The notes beneath the pieces were generated by a model. The model had not been told where the DNA came from, made no database searches, and was given only the letters and a program-made list of their open reading frames with translations. From NCBI GenBank assembly GCA_023416745.1, contig JAEZHF010000072.1, positions 3,914 to 67,913 of the forward strand: a stretch of DNA of 64,000 nt, given 5' to 3'. The translations under genes and the position numbers were made by a program. Below are positions 27,230 to 36,577 of this stretch, one piece after another (positions within the stretch are counted from its first letter, which is position 1; every line of letters begins with the position of its first letter). This stretch comes from Bacillota bacterium (GTDB taxonomy: Bacteria; Bacillota; Clostridia; Christensenellales; SZUA-584).

Positions 27230-27937
27230 ATGAGCGAGATCAAGGGGAAAGCCGCGATCGTTACGGGTGCCGGCAGAGGAATCGGCATTGAGATGGTCAA
27301 AACGCTGCTGAATGAAGGCGTTAAAGTACTGGCCACGTCGCGCAATATCGAATCGCTAAAGGATATCGACGGTGAGAATCTGGTCGGGGTTCAGGCCGAC
27401 CTGCTGAATGACAGCAGTTATGGAAGAATCGTTTCGGCCTGCGCGGATACGTTCGGCGGCGTCGATATCATTATCAACAACGCGGGATACGCCAAAAAGC
27501 TGCTGCTGACAGAAACCAGCAAAGAGGAGTGGGACCGTCATATGGCGGTAAACGTGCGCGCGCCGTTCATGCTGGTGAATGCTGCAATGCCTTATCTATT
27601 GAAGTCCACCCATGCAACGGTGATCAACATCGTTTCCGTTGTGGGTAATAAAGGCTACGTGACTCAGGGAGCCTATTCTGCGGCAAAGCATGCGCTGCTG
27701 GGATACACCAAGGTTCTGGCGCGGGAGACGTTTAAACATGGCGTTCGCGTTCATGCGATATCTCCCGGCGGCGTCGCGACGGAGCTGATTCAGGAAACGC
27801 GGCCCGACCTTGACCTGTCCACACTGAGCACACCCCAGGAAATCGCGAACATTGCGTTATTTTTGCTGAAGAACCGTAACGGTGCTGTGATCGATGAGAT
27901 CAATGTTCGCAGGTATACCAAAGAGCCCTGGGAGTAA
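27230..27937 (+). CDS. Short-chain dehydrogenase/reductase
   Basis: TGAGRGIG, NNAG and YSAAK motifs. Confidence 0.8.
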   Translation: MSEIKGKAAIVTGAGRGIGIEMVKTLLNEGVKVLATSRNIESLKDIDGENLVGVQADLLNDSSYGRIVSACADTFGGVDIIINNAGYAKKLLLTETSKEEWDRHMAVNVRAPFMLVNAAMPYLLKSTHATVINIVSVVGNKGYVTQGAYSAAKHALLGYTKVLARETFKHGVRVHAISPGGVATELIQETRPDLDLSTLSTPQEIANIALFLLKNRNGAVIDEINVRRYTKEPWE

Positions 27938-28010
27938 AGTATACGTATTGTCTTTACTGAGGCTGTCTATGATGGTATATTAGAATCAGTTAAGGAATGA
28001 GGGTAAGGCT

Positions 28011-28790
28011 TTGAAACGGATCGGACTGGCTCTGGGCGGCGGCGGTGTCAGGGGTGTCGCCCATATTGCGTATATCAAAGCACTGGAGGAACTGGGTCTA
28101 AGGCCGTCCGTCATATCCGGCACTTCCAGCGGGGCGATAGTTGGCGCAATGTATGCCGGCGGTTTGCCCCCGGACGGGATCATGGACAGCCTGAAAAGCA
28201 TTATCAGCCTAAAGAGCGGCAAAGCCGGCAGCGGCGTCCGGCCGGAGAGAAAGCAAGGCGGTTTGGCGGTAGCTGCTGCTCAGGGCAGGCTTGTGCGTCT
28301 GCTCCCCAAAACCCGATTCGAAGAGCTGGATATCCCGTTAAAAGTGGTGGCGACTCATTTTCATACGCTCAAAGAGCGCGTGTTCGATTCCGGCGAACTG
28401 CTGCCCGCCATCATGGCCAGCGTCGCGTTGCCCAGCGCCTTTGTGCCGCAAATGGTGGACGGTGAGTATTATGTGGATGGCGGAGCCACCAATATCGTGC
28501 CGTTTGACATCATTCGGAACGAATGTGACATACTGATCGCGATTGATGTGTCTTCGGTCAGGCCGGCAAAGCTCAAACCAACGCTCAAGAATGCGGACCA
28601 CGCCACTTGGGCAGCCACTCAGGAAGCCTATATCAATACGAAGCTGAAGCTGTGCAGCGTGGACATTTTTGAGAGGCCAACGTTTGACAGCATATCAACG
28701 ATGGAGTTCTTTAAATTCAAAAAGGTATATGACCAGGCCATGACATATGTGCCCGGTTTTATAGAGAAACTTAAAAGAATGCTGATATAA
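28011..28790 (+). CDS. Patatin-like phospholipase
   Basis: TTG start. Oxyanion GGGGVRG, nucleophile elbow GTSSG and catalytic Asp in VDGGATN. Confidence 0.8.
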   Translation: MKRIGLALGGGGVRGVAHIAYIKALEELGLRPSVISGTSSGAIVGAMYAGGLPPDGIMDSLKSIISLKSGKAGSGVRPERKQGGLAVAAAQGRLVRLLPKTRFEELDIPLKVVATHFHTLKERVFDSGELLPAIMASVALPSAFVPQMVDGEYYVDGGATNIVPFDIIRNECDILIAIDVSSVRPAKLKPTLKNADHATWAATQEAYINTKLKLCSVDIFERPTFDSISTMEFFKFKKVYDQAMTYVPGFIEKLKRMLI

Positions 28791-28803
28791 AGGGGATATA
28801 CTT

Positions 28804-29589
28804 ATGGCGAAAAAACTTGGAATCGCGTTTGGCGGCAGCGGTGCGCAGGGTATCGCAAACATCGCATACATCAAGGCACTGGAGGTGGCAGAGATCAAGC
28901 CGGATATCGTATCCGGTGCCGGTATCGGGGCTGCGGTGGCGGCGATGTATGCAGCCGGTATGACAAGCCAGAATATGATCGATTTCATGCAGGAGGTCAA
29001 CTTTCCGGGCGCAAAGAAACCAATCAACATCAACAAGGTAAAGGACGCCAAATTCGGTATTCTGGACGGCCTCGGGCTGGAAGAATACTACAGGATGATC
29101 GTGCCGGTGAAGGTGTTCGACCGTCTGTATTTCCCGCTCAAAATCGTGGCTGCCGAATACTCAACGGGTGAGCAGCTGGTTTTCAGCGAGGGCGACGTCG
29201 GGTCGGCTGTCCGGTCCGCTGTGGCGATTCCGGGTGTTTTCTCGCCGCATGAAAAGGGTGAGTCAGTCCGGATTGACGGTTCCTGCGTCAACCCCGTACC
29301 GTTTGACGTGATTCGCGACGACTGTGATGTGCTGGCCGTAATTGACCCGCAGATCGACGAATCTCCCGAAGCGTTCGTTCCATACGTGTTCCCCGCTATC
29401 ATGACGGCGGCAGCGGCGTCAAAAAAGGCGCTGGTCATTGAAAAGCAGCGCACTTGCACCGTTGATATCTATGAGAAGCTGGTGCTGGAAGAAGTCAACA
29501 TATTCGATTTCGCACTATATACTGACATCATTGCTTCCGCGGAGGAGAGCGCCAACGCATTCGCGCAACGGCTGAAAGAAATGCTGTAA
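28804..29589 (+). CDS. Patatin-like paralog lacking the serine nucleophile
   Basis: Collinear with the upstream paralog (GGSGAQG, IAYIKALE). The elbow reads GAGIG instead of GxSxG, while the Asp motif (IDGSCVN) is retained. Confidence 0.75.
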   Translation: MAKKLGIAFGGSGAQGIANIAYIKALEVAEIKPDIVSGAGIGAAVAAMYAAGMTSQNMIDFMQEVNFPGAKKPININKVKDAKFGILDGLGLEEYYRMIVPVKVFDRLYFPLKIVAAEYSTGEQLVFSEGDVGSAVRSAVAIPGVFSPHEKGESVRIDGSCVNPVPFDVIRDDCDVLAVIDPQIDESPEAFVPYVFPAIMTAAAASKKALVIEKQRTCTVDIYEKLVLEEVNIFDFALYTDIIASAEESANAFAQRLKEML

Positions 29590-29619
29590 AACCGATATAG
29601 TTCGATAACAGAAATGTGA

Positions 29620-29653
29620 AAGGATTGCCCATAATAATGAGGCAATCCTTTTT
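29620..29653. terminator. Bidirectional terminator
   Basis: Perfect 10-bp stem AAGGATTGCC / GGCAATCCTT, flanked by A/T runs. Confidence 0.75.
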
Positions 29654-29674
29654 GGTGTTGCAAGACGGTGCTTG

Positions 29675-30445
29675 TCAGATGACCATGACACCGCTCTGAG
29701 CGGCAGCGGTTTTCAGTTCATCAGGTACGCTGTCGTCTGCGACCAGCACGTCGATATCCGTGAGCGAGCCGAATGTATACGGCAGGCTTTTGCCGATCTT
29801 GGTCGAATCCATTAGCATAATGACAGACGAGGCACGCTTCAATACCTCCTGCTTGAGCTCGCACTCAGAATATGTGCCGCTGGTAAAGCCGTTCTGCAGG
29901 GAAAAGCCGCTTGCAGCCATAAACGCCGTATCGATGTTGACACCGGACAAGAAGCTGGTTGCGTTTGCACCGGAGACTGAGATGGTGTTGCGGTTGAGCT
30001 GGCCGCCGATCATCATCACATTGGGCTTGGATTTTTTGATCAGCTCCAGCGCTATGTTGGGGCCGCTGGTTAGTATAGAGAAGTAGTCGTCGGGGATCTC
30101 CTTGGCAAACAGCATCAGCGTGGTGCCCGAATCGAGATAAAAGGAACGCCCGCCTTCGATGTACGCCAGCGCCTTTCGGGCGATTAGCGATTTTGCGGCT
30201 GTATTTTCCAGTGCACGACGAGAATAGACGTCTTCAGCGGTCATGGACAGCATTGACAGGGCAACCGCACCGCCGCGCGTGCGCTTCACGTAGCCGTTTT
30301 CCTCGAAATATTTCAGATCGCGCCGAAGCGTCATGCTGGAACACTCGGGAAAAAGCTCCTCCAGATCCTTGAGGTATACCTCACCTTTGGTGTTCAGCAG
30401 TTCCATGATAGCGTCACGTCTTTGCGTATTCACAGCACTCTCCAA
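29675..30445 (-). CDS. DeoR-family transcriptional regulator
   Basis: N-terminal HTH (SSMTLRRDLKYFEENGY) and a C-terminal DeoR sugar-binding-like domain. The TTG start is uncertain. Confidence 0.8.
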   Translation of the reverse strand: MESAVNTQRRDAIMELLNTKGEVYLKDLEELFPECSSMTLRRDLKYFEENGYVKRTRGGAVALSMLSMTAEDVYSRRALENTAAKSLIARKALAYIEGGRSFYLDSGTTLMLFAKEIPDDYFSILTSGPNIALELIKKSKPNVMMIGGQLNRNTISVSGANATSFLSGVNIDTAFMAASGFSLQNGFTSGTYSECELKQEVLKRASSVIMLMDSTKIGKSLPYTFGSLTDIDVLVADDSVPDELKTAAAQSGVMVI

Positions 30446-30632
30446 GCCTTATTATTACAGCCAATATACCACCTTCAATGACAAGCCACAAGAGACAACG
30501 GAAAAATATTCACACAAATTGTCCGTTTTGAGCAGAGATATAACATAATTCTTATAAATGAAGCTTGAATTAAGCGATGGATAAGAGAAAAATCCACGTG
30601 AAGCATTATATCATCCATGGTATAATATCCGC

Positions 30633-31097
30633 ATGGAAACGCATGAGTATTACATGACCGTCGCGCTCAAAATGGCTGAAAAGGCAGCAAGAAAGGACGA
30701 GGTGCCCGTGGGTGCCGTCATCGTCCGAAACGGTGCTGTGATCGCCAAGGCGCATAATCTTCGTGAAACGCAGCGCAACCCGCTGGCTCATGCCGAACTG
30801 ATTGCCATCAGGAAGGCGTCGCGCATACTTCGCAGCTGGCGGCTCACGGGATGTACGCTCTATGTCACACTGGAACCCTGTCCGATGTGTGCCGGGGCCA
30901 TTGTAAATGCCCGTATCGACGAGGTGGTATTCGGCGCGTATGACCCGAAAGCGGGGGCTTGCGGAACGTTGTATAACCTGACAGAGGGCTGCCTGAATCA
31001 TAAGCCGAGAGTCACAGGCGGTGTGATGGAAGCAGAAACGGCATCCGTTTTGAAGGACTACTTCAAAAAAAAGAGGTCTGTCGATAAGGGCAGATGA
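30633..31097 (+). CDS. tadA: tRNA adenosine(34) deaminase
   Basis: HEYYM...EVPVGAVIV, HAE and PCPMCAGA zinc motifs. Confidence 0.9.
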   Translation: METHEYYMTVALKMAEKAARKDEVPVGAVIVRNGAVIAKAHNLRETQRNPLAHAELIAIRKASRILRSWRLTGCTLYVTLEPCPMCAGAIVNARIDEVVFGAYDPKAGACGTLYNLTEGCLNHKPRVTGGVMEAETASVLKDYFKKKRSVDKGR

Positions 31098-31216
31098 CGC
31101 GCTGATCAATTGTACAATTTTCGACAAAAACAGACGCTTGCCGTGCCGGCGTTATCTGTTTCAATTGTGCCAAATCTGTTTATTTTATATAGGAATATGG
31201 CGTCTGGAGGAAGGCT

Positions 31217-32665
31217 TTGGTACACATCCTGAACGATATCGTTTATGAGAGTCCGAAAGAAATACCGCTTCAAAACGGAGCATACTGCGAACAGCTTGGC
31301 ATGTTTGATGCGCTTGGTTTATCGCCCGGCGAATCGGAGCTGTTTATTTGGGAGGCCGACTTCGACGATAATTCAATACGGATCTATGATAACGAGCAGC
31401 GAATGACGACATCCTTTCCAATCAACAAACTGGAAATGCGCATATCGACTGACAGTATCCAAAAGCTCCGCGCGAAAATCGACACCTTTATTGAGGGCAC
31501 AAGGCATGTACTGGATGAAGCAATCGAGATCAATATCAACGGTGTATGGAATACGTACCATGTGAAAGGCTTGCTGGACCGGATAAACGGAAAGCGGTTT
31601 GCGGCCGGCGTCGCAATCGATATTGCCATCGTCAGCCGGCATCATCATCGGCTGGCGTATCTGGAAACACATGACCCCTTGACTGGACTTAAGAACTTCA
31701 GCAGCTTCGAGGCGCATTTTGAAAACTTGGCGCGCTTTGGCATGTATCCGCTTTCTCTGGTTATTTTCAGAATTGAAAATTTGAGTGACGCTTGCGGCAC
31801 GATGGGGTATCAGGCGGGGAACACGCTTATCTGCAACGTCGCGGACGTGATAGAGGACTGCTTCTTTGACGCGGATGTGATCGGGCGTACGGGCGGCGGC
31901 GAGTATTGCTGCGCTTTTTCCGGCAAAAACCAGCTGGAAATTGAGACGCGCATTGACGAGGCCATAATGAAGCTGCACAGCACGTACCTGAACCTGATAA
32001 AGACGGAGATCAGCTGCGGTTACGCGATTGCAGAATGCGAGATGGACTTCAGCCGGCTATACCACGAAGCATACCAGAAGCTCATCAAAAGAAGGAACAT
32101 TCACAAGTATCTTGCCAGCGCGTCGGTGGTGGACAACATCAATACCATCATCAGCAAAAAGACGGGCTGGGGCAAACGCGTCGTGCGGCTTCAAAGCTTG
32201 TCCGTTCAGATCGGCAAGGCACTGTTCTGCAGGGAGGAAACGTTGTCCGACATTAAGCTGCTGGCCAAGATCGCGGATATCGGGTTGATCGGTATTGGCG
32301 ATGCGCTGTTGGCTAACCGGCTCAGTTTGAACGAAGACGATAGTCTGGTATACGACTGCCATTACGAAGTGGGGCGCGATATTATTCTCGGTATCGATTC
32401 TCTGGCTCAGATGGAGAATCTATATGCCGATCTTTATAAACGCTACGACGAATGGCAGGACGCGATCGCTGTTCCCAGCCGGATCGTCGCCGTCGTCAGG
32501 GGATTTGACGATTTAATGCTGCAATGCAACCGGTTGACTTACAAAGAGATGTGCCAAAAAATGGGCGAGAAGAAGGGGAATCTGTACTGCCCGGAGATGG
32601 TGGACGTGTTGCTGGAAGTGGCACGCAAATATCATACATGGCCGGTGCAAAGCCGGAAACACTAG
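31217..32665 (+). CDS. Signalling protein with an N-terminal sensory region, a degenerate GGDEF domain and a degenerate HD-GYP-like domain
   Basis: TTG start after GGAGGAAGG. The GGDEF-position motif reads GGGEY. The C-terminal region is collinear with HD-GYP, but HD reads AD (KIADIG) and no HHE or GYP is present. Confidence 0.6.
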   Translation: MVHILNDIVYESPKEIPLQNGAYCEQLGMFDALGLSPGESELFIWEADFDDNSIRIYDNEQRMTTSFPINKLEMRISTDSIQKLRAKIDTFIEGTRHVLDEAIEININGVWNTYHVKGLLDRINGKRFAAGVAIDIAIVSRHHHRLAYLETHDPLTGLKNFSSFEAHFENLARFGMYPLSLVIFRIENLSDACGTMGYQAGNTLICNVADVIEDCFFDADVIGRTGGGEYCCAFSGKNQLEIETRIDEAIMKLHSTYLNLIKTEISCGYAIAECEMDFSRLYHEAYQKLIKRRNIHKYLASASVVDNINTIISKKTGWGKRVVRLQSLSVQIGKALFCREETLSDIKLLAKIADIGLIGIGDALLANRLSLNEDDSLVYDCHYEVGRDIILGIDSLAQMENLYADLYKRYDEWQDAIAVPSRIVAVVRGFDDLMLQCNRLTYKEMCQKMGEKKGNLYCPEMVDVLLEVARKYHTWPVQSRKH

Positions 32666-32679
32666 AGCAAGGCATTGTC

Positions 32680-32707
32680 GCATCGCACTTTAAGGCGGTG
32701 CTTTTTT
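32680..32707 (+). terminator. Intrinsic terminator
   Basis: GCATCGC pairs with GCGGTGC (one G-U pair), followed by TTTTTTG. Confidence 0.65.
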
Positions 32708-32815
32708 GTTGTCGGACAGCCGAAGCTTCTCGGGGCGGTCCGTTTCGGGTATAATCAAGGCGAGCGGCGGCCCGGTTATCCGGTATCCGCTTTATAAGAT
32801 GACAGGGAGGATTCA

Positions 32816-33842
32816 TATGAAAGCAGCCGTTGTTGCGGAGCCGGGGAAGCTCGAGATATGGGATGTAGATAAACCGGTGCCGGGGGAATACGACGCGCTG
32901 GTGGAGATACTCTTCGGCGCAACCTGCAACGCCACTGATAAGAACTTCATCTGCGGACGGCATTTGCGTCCGGTGCAATATCCGATGCTGCTGGGCCACG
33001 AGAGCGTGGGCCGCGTGGTGGAGCTGGGGCGCAAGGTAAAGAACTTCGCCGTGGGTGATTTGGTGACGGATGTTGGCTGCCCAGCCACGCCGGACGGGCG
33101 CATATCATCACGCGCGGGCGGTTTTGCGGAATATGGTATCGTCAAAGACGTATGCGAGATGAAAAGGGCCGGTATCCTGCGTGCGGAGTGGGACAAGCAC
33201 CGTGCTAACCGTGTGATACCTTCGTGGTTTTCTCCCGCGGCGGCCACGCTGATTACGCCATATCGGGAAACGCTGTCATATTCACGGCGTATCGGCGTAA
33301 AAGCAGGTTCGCGCGTGCTGGTGCTGGGCTCCGGTTGCGCCGGGCTGTGCTTCGCTGCGCACGCCGTCAATGAGGGGGCGGCACTGGTGGCGATGATCGG
33401 CACGCCCGCGCGCGAAACCATTGCAAAAAAGCTGGGAGTGCACGCTTACTGCAGTTATAGGCAGGAAGACGTTTACAAGGTATTGGAAGAGGCCTGCGGC
33501 CTGTTTGACGTCATCATCGACGCGGTGGGCACAAAGGGCTCGCTGTCGTCTGCGTTGTCTATATTGAAGGCGTACGGCGTCTGCGGTGTGTATGGCTGGT
33601 ATGACTGGGATGCCAATTCCATCAACCCGTTTGCTGCCCGAGACAGCTTTGTATTCTACTCAGGTGGTTACGATCAGGCGGAAACGCATGACGACGTGAT
33701 CACGTATATGAAGAGCGGCGACCTCAACCCGGAAGATATACTTGCGCTCGATCACATCTATGAGCTGGATGATATCTTGCAGGCGTATGAGGATGCCTGG
33801 GACAGAAAGGTAATAAAAAGCGTAATCCGAATACGCGGATAA
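32816..33842 (+). CDS. Zinc-type (MDR family) alcohol dehydrogenase-like oxidoreductase
   Basis: SD GGGAGGA lies upstream of ATG 32816. GHESVGRVVELG and the Rossmann motif VLGSGCAG. Confidence 0.75.
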
Positions 33843-33872
33843 CAAGCACAACGGTGTAAACAGAACATAAAG

Positions 33873-33894
33873 CGCCCCGCTTCAAAACGGGGCG
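33873..33894. terminator. Bidirectional terminator between convergent genes
   Basis: CGCCCCG pairs with CGGGGCG across an 8-nt loop. Confidence 0.55.
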
Positions 33895-33929
33895 TTGGCT
33901 TCACTATGTTTTTAATCGAGAAATAATAC

Positions 33930-34745
33930 CTATATTGATGAGAAGACACTTTGAATTTGCGCAAAGCAATTTTGGAGCTGCGCTTCGCTGTTGTAATTGT
34001 GACTGTAGACCTCCAGCATCATGCCGCCGTCATAGCCCGCTTCATCCAGCGTTCGCTTAAGCAGATTAAAATCCAGTTCGCCCTCAAACGGCAGCCGGGG
34101 GATGATGCCATGCTCTTGGGATCGCTCAAAGTCGCAGATATGGACATTGGCAAGCCGCCCTTTGGTGGCGGCGATATATTCGGACGGATCGTGACCGGCC
34201 TGAGCGGCCTGCTTGACGTCCAGCGTGAACCAGAGGTTGTCGGTATTGAGCAGCGGCAGCAACTTCGCCGGGAAATCTGGTTCAGCGTACCAGCACCAGT
34301 GTACATTTTCCCATGCCAGTTTAATGCCGTAGCCCTTTGCCGTTTCGGCCAGAGGGTCAGCGTACTCGGCGGTGTATTCGTAATTCACCGAGAATTTACG
34401 GGCCTTCTTGACGTTGGAAGGGCCGTGGAATACGTAGACGCCCGAGCCCAGTTCTGCACCGGCCTCCAGCACCCGTTCATATATGCCCAGACTGTCCGAA
34501 CGGGCGCGCGTGTTCGGAGAGAAGAGCTGCGGCTCGAACTGCAGCGACAGTGCGTGTATGGAATAAACACTCATCCCACTGTCAACAATACGCTTCTTCA
34601 GCTCCTTCACAAAGTCCATTTTGTATTCCGAAAGACAACAGAAGAACACCTCAATACGCCGCACGTTCATTAGGGCCATCCTGTCTATCGTCTGTTCCGT
34701 AAGGATATGGGGAAAGAAACAAGCGGTGGACATTCCAAAAATCAT
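33930..34745 (-). CDS. Sugar phosphate isomerase/epimerase (xylose isomerase-like TIM barrel)
   Basis: SD GGAGG lies upstream of ATG 34745. 271 aa with a pattern typical of AP_endonuc_2-type TIM barrels (IEVFF ... ENVHW ... HICD). Confidence 0.65.
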   Translation of the reverse strand: MIFGMSTACFFPHILTEQTIDRMALMNVRRIEVFFCCLSEYKMDFVKELKKRIVDSGMSVYSIHALSLQFEPQLFSPNTRARSDSLGIYERVLEAGAELGSGVYVFHGPSNVKKARKFSVNYEYTAEYADPLAETAKGYGIKLAWENVHWCWYAEPDFPAKLLPLLNTDNLWFTLDVKQAAQAGHDPSEYIAATKGRLANVHICDFERSQEHGIIPRLPFEGELDFNLLKRTLDEAGYDGGMMLEVYSHNYNSEAQLQNCFAQIQSVFSSI

Positions 34746-34881
34746 AATTATGCCTCCGTCAGTCATTATACCAGAAAAACGGTGTCTTATCATGATAACA
34801 TCCAAATTTAGTGGAAGAATATAGAGGGAATATAATTGGATAGTCGAATATCTATATATCCAAATTATTGAGGTGGTTGAC

Positions 34882-36531
34882 ATGAAGAAACGGTATGCCG
34901 TAATCGGCGGGATCGCGGGGGGCGTGAGCGCCGCAATGCGGCTAAGACGGCTGGATGGACATGCACAAATCACCATATTCGAAAGAGGACCCCAGCTTTC
35001 ATTTGCGTGCTGCGGCCTGCCTTATTATATCGGCGGCATTGTCGACAAAGACGATCTGTCCTGCCTCACGCCGGAGGACATCCGGCAGGACTATGATATC
35101 GACGTGAAGCTTTGGCACGACGTTGTGGGTATTAACCGCCATAACAATACGATAAAGGCGCGGGATCTAAAAACCGGTCAGGTATCCAGCCACGCCTACG
35201 ATAAGCTGGTTATCGCCACGGGGTCCGTGGTCAGCAAACCGCCGCTGTTTGACAAACAAATCCCCGGGGTTTTTGCACTGAAAGGCCAGGAGGATATGCT
35301 GGCGATGTCCGGCTTCATCGAGAAGAGCCACGCGCGGCGGGCTGCGGTGATCGGCGGCGGCGCGATCGGGCTGCAGACCGCTGAGAATCTGTCAAGGCGG
35401 GGAATCAAAACCTGCGTGATCGAGCGGGAAGACCACGCGCTGCCGTTTCTTGATGGTGATATGGCCCGGTTTGCCACGGTGGAGCTGGAGAACAACGGCA
35501 TTGCACTGGTGAAAGGGACGTCTGTCGGTGAACTGGTGGACACCGATGAAGGAATACGGCTGGAACTGTTGGACGGTCGCTCAGTCTGTGTCGATATAAT
35601 CGCGGTGTGCACCGGCATGAAACCGGATGTATCGCTTGCCAGAGAGGCGGACTTGGGTATCGGTATCACCGGCGGCATCATCGTGGATGAGAAGCTTCAA
35701 ACAACGGATAAGGATATCTATGCGGTGGGCGATGCGGTGGAGGTGGAGTGCGCATTCGGCGGCAAGGCGCTGCTGCCGATGGCGGCCCCGGCTGTTAAGC
35801 AGGGGCGCGTGGCGGCGGACAATATATGCGGTATAAGTTCGCGCTACCGGCATACGGTGAGCGTAAAAATCATCAAGCTTTTTGAAATGCAGCTGGCTGG
35901 CGCGGGGCTGACGGAATCGCAGCTGGCGCAGCGCGGCATCCGTTATGAAAAAATCTATACGTGCTCTCAAACGCATGAGCGCTTCATCTCAGGGGCGGAA
36001 ACGCTGAGCGTCAAGCTGCTGTTCGACCGCAAAAACGGCCGCGTGTTCGGCGTGCAAATCACCGGGAAGAACGGCGCGGACAAGAGGCTGGATGTGATCG
36101 CCGCCGCGATGCAGGCCGGGCTTACGGTGGACAGACTGGCCGAGCTGGAGCTGGCTTACGCGCCCATGATCGGCACCGCAAAGGACGCTGTGAACATAGC
36201 GGGTGCCGTGGCAGCGGATGTGATGGCCGGGCTTTCGGATCTTGCACATTGGCATGACGTAGGCGCCAAGACCGCCGTCTTGATACTGGATGTGCGTACG
36301 GATAAAGAGCGCTTTGGCGGCTGGGTCAACGATTCGGTGCATATCCCGCTGGCGCAGCTGCGGGACCGGCTGGATGAATTGCCTGTCGGCAGAGAAATAA
36401 TGGTATACAGCCAATACGGGCGGCGCGGTTATCTGGCAGAACGGCTGCTCAAGCAGCGCGGCTACATTGTGAGGAATCTGTCCGGCGGTTACGGCCTGTA
36501 CAGCCTGTTTAAGGCCTCAAGGCAAGGATAA
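34882..36531 (+). CDS. CoA-disulfide reductase / NADH oxidase-family flavoprotein with a C-terminal rhodanese-like domain
   Basis: VIGGIAGGVSAAMRLRRL and the redox-Cys context SFACCGLPYYIGG. The C-terminal rhodanese fold (LDVRTDKE...NLSGGY) has its active-site loop as VYSQYGRRG, with Ser where Cys is expected. Confidence 0.8.
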   Translation: MKKRYAVIGGIAGGVSAAMRLRRLDGHAQITIFERGPQLSFACCGLPYYIGGIVDKDDLSCLTPEDIRQDYDIDVKLWHDVVGINRHNNTIKARDLKTGQVSSHAYDKLVIATGSVVSKPPLFDKQIPGVFALKGQEDMLAMSGFIEKSHARRAAVIGGGAIGLQTAENLSRRGIKTCVIEREDHALPFLDGDMARFATVELENNGIALVKGTSVGELVDTDEGIRLELLDGRSVCVDIIAVCTGMKPDVSLAREADLGIGITGGIIVDEKLQTTDKDIYAVGDAVEVECAFGGKALLPMAAPAVKQGRVAADNICGISSRYRHTVSVKIIKLFEMQLAGAGLTESQLAQRGIRYEKIYTCSQTHERFISGAETLSVKLLFDRKNGRVFGVQITGKNGADKRLDVIAAAMQAGLTVDRLAELELAYAPMIGTAKDAVNIAGAVAADVMAGLSDLAHWHDVGAKTAVLILDVRTDKERFGGWVNDSVHIPLAQLRDRLDELPVGREIMVYSQYGRRGYLAERLLKQRGYIVRNLSGGYGLYSLFKASRQG

Positions 36532-36577
36532 CAAATCATTTGAATTTTTTAACGGGGTCGGCAAGGAACGAGCGAAT

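Noticed and set aside
27230-29589. The patatin pair as part of a CBASS-like or other anti-phage defence system.
   Set aside because: No cyclase/nucleotidyltransferase, SMODS, E1/E2/JAB, TIR or other sensor or effector partner genes are adjacent. The neighbours are an SDR and a DeoR regulator, so a lipid-metabolism role is more parsimonious.
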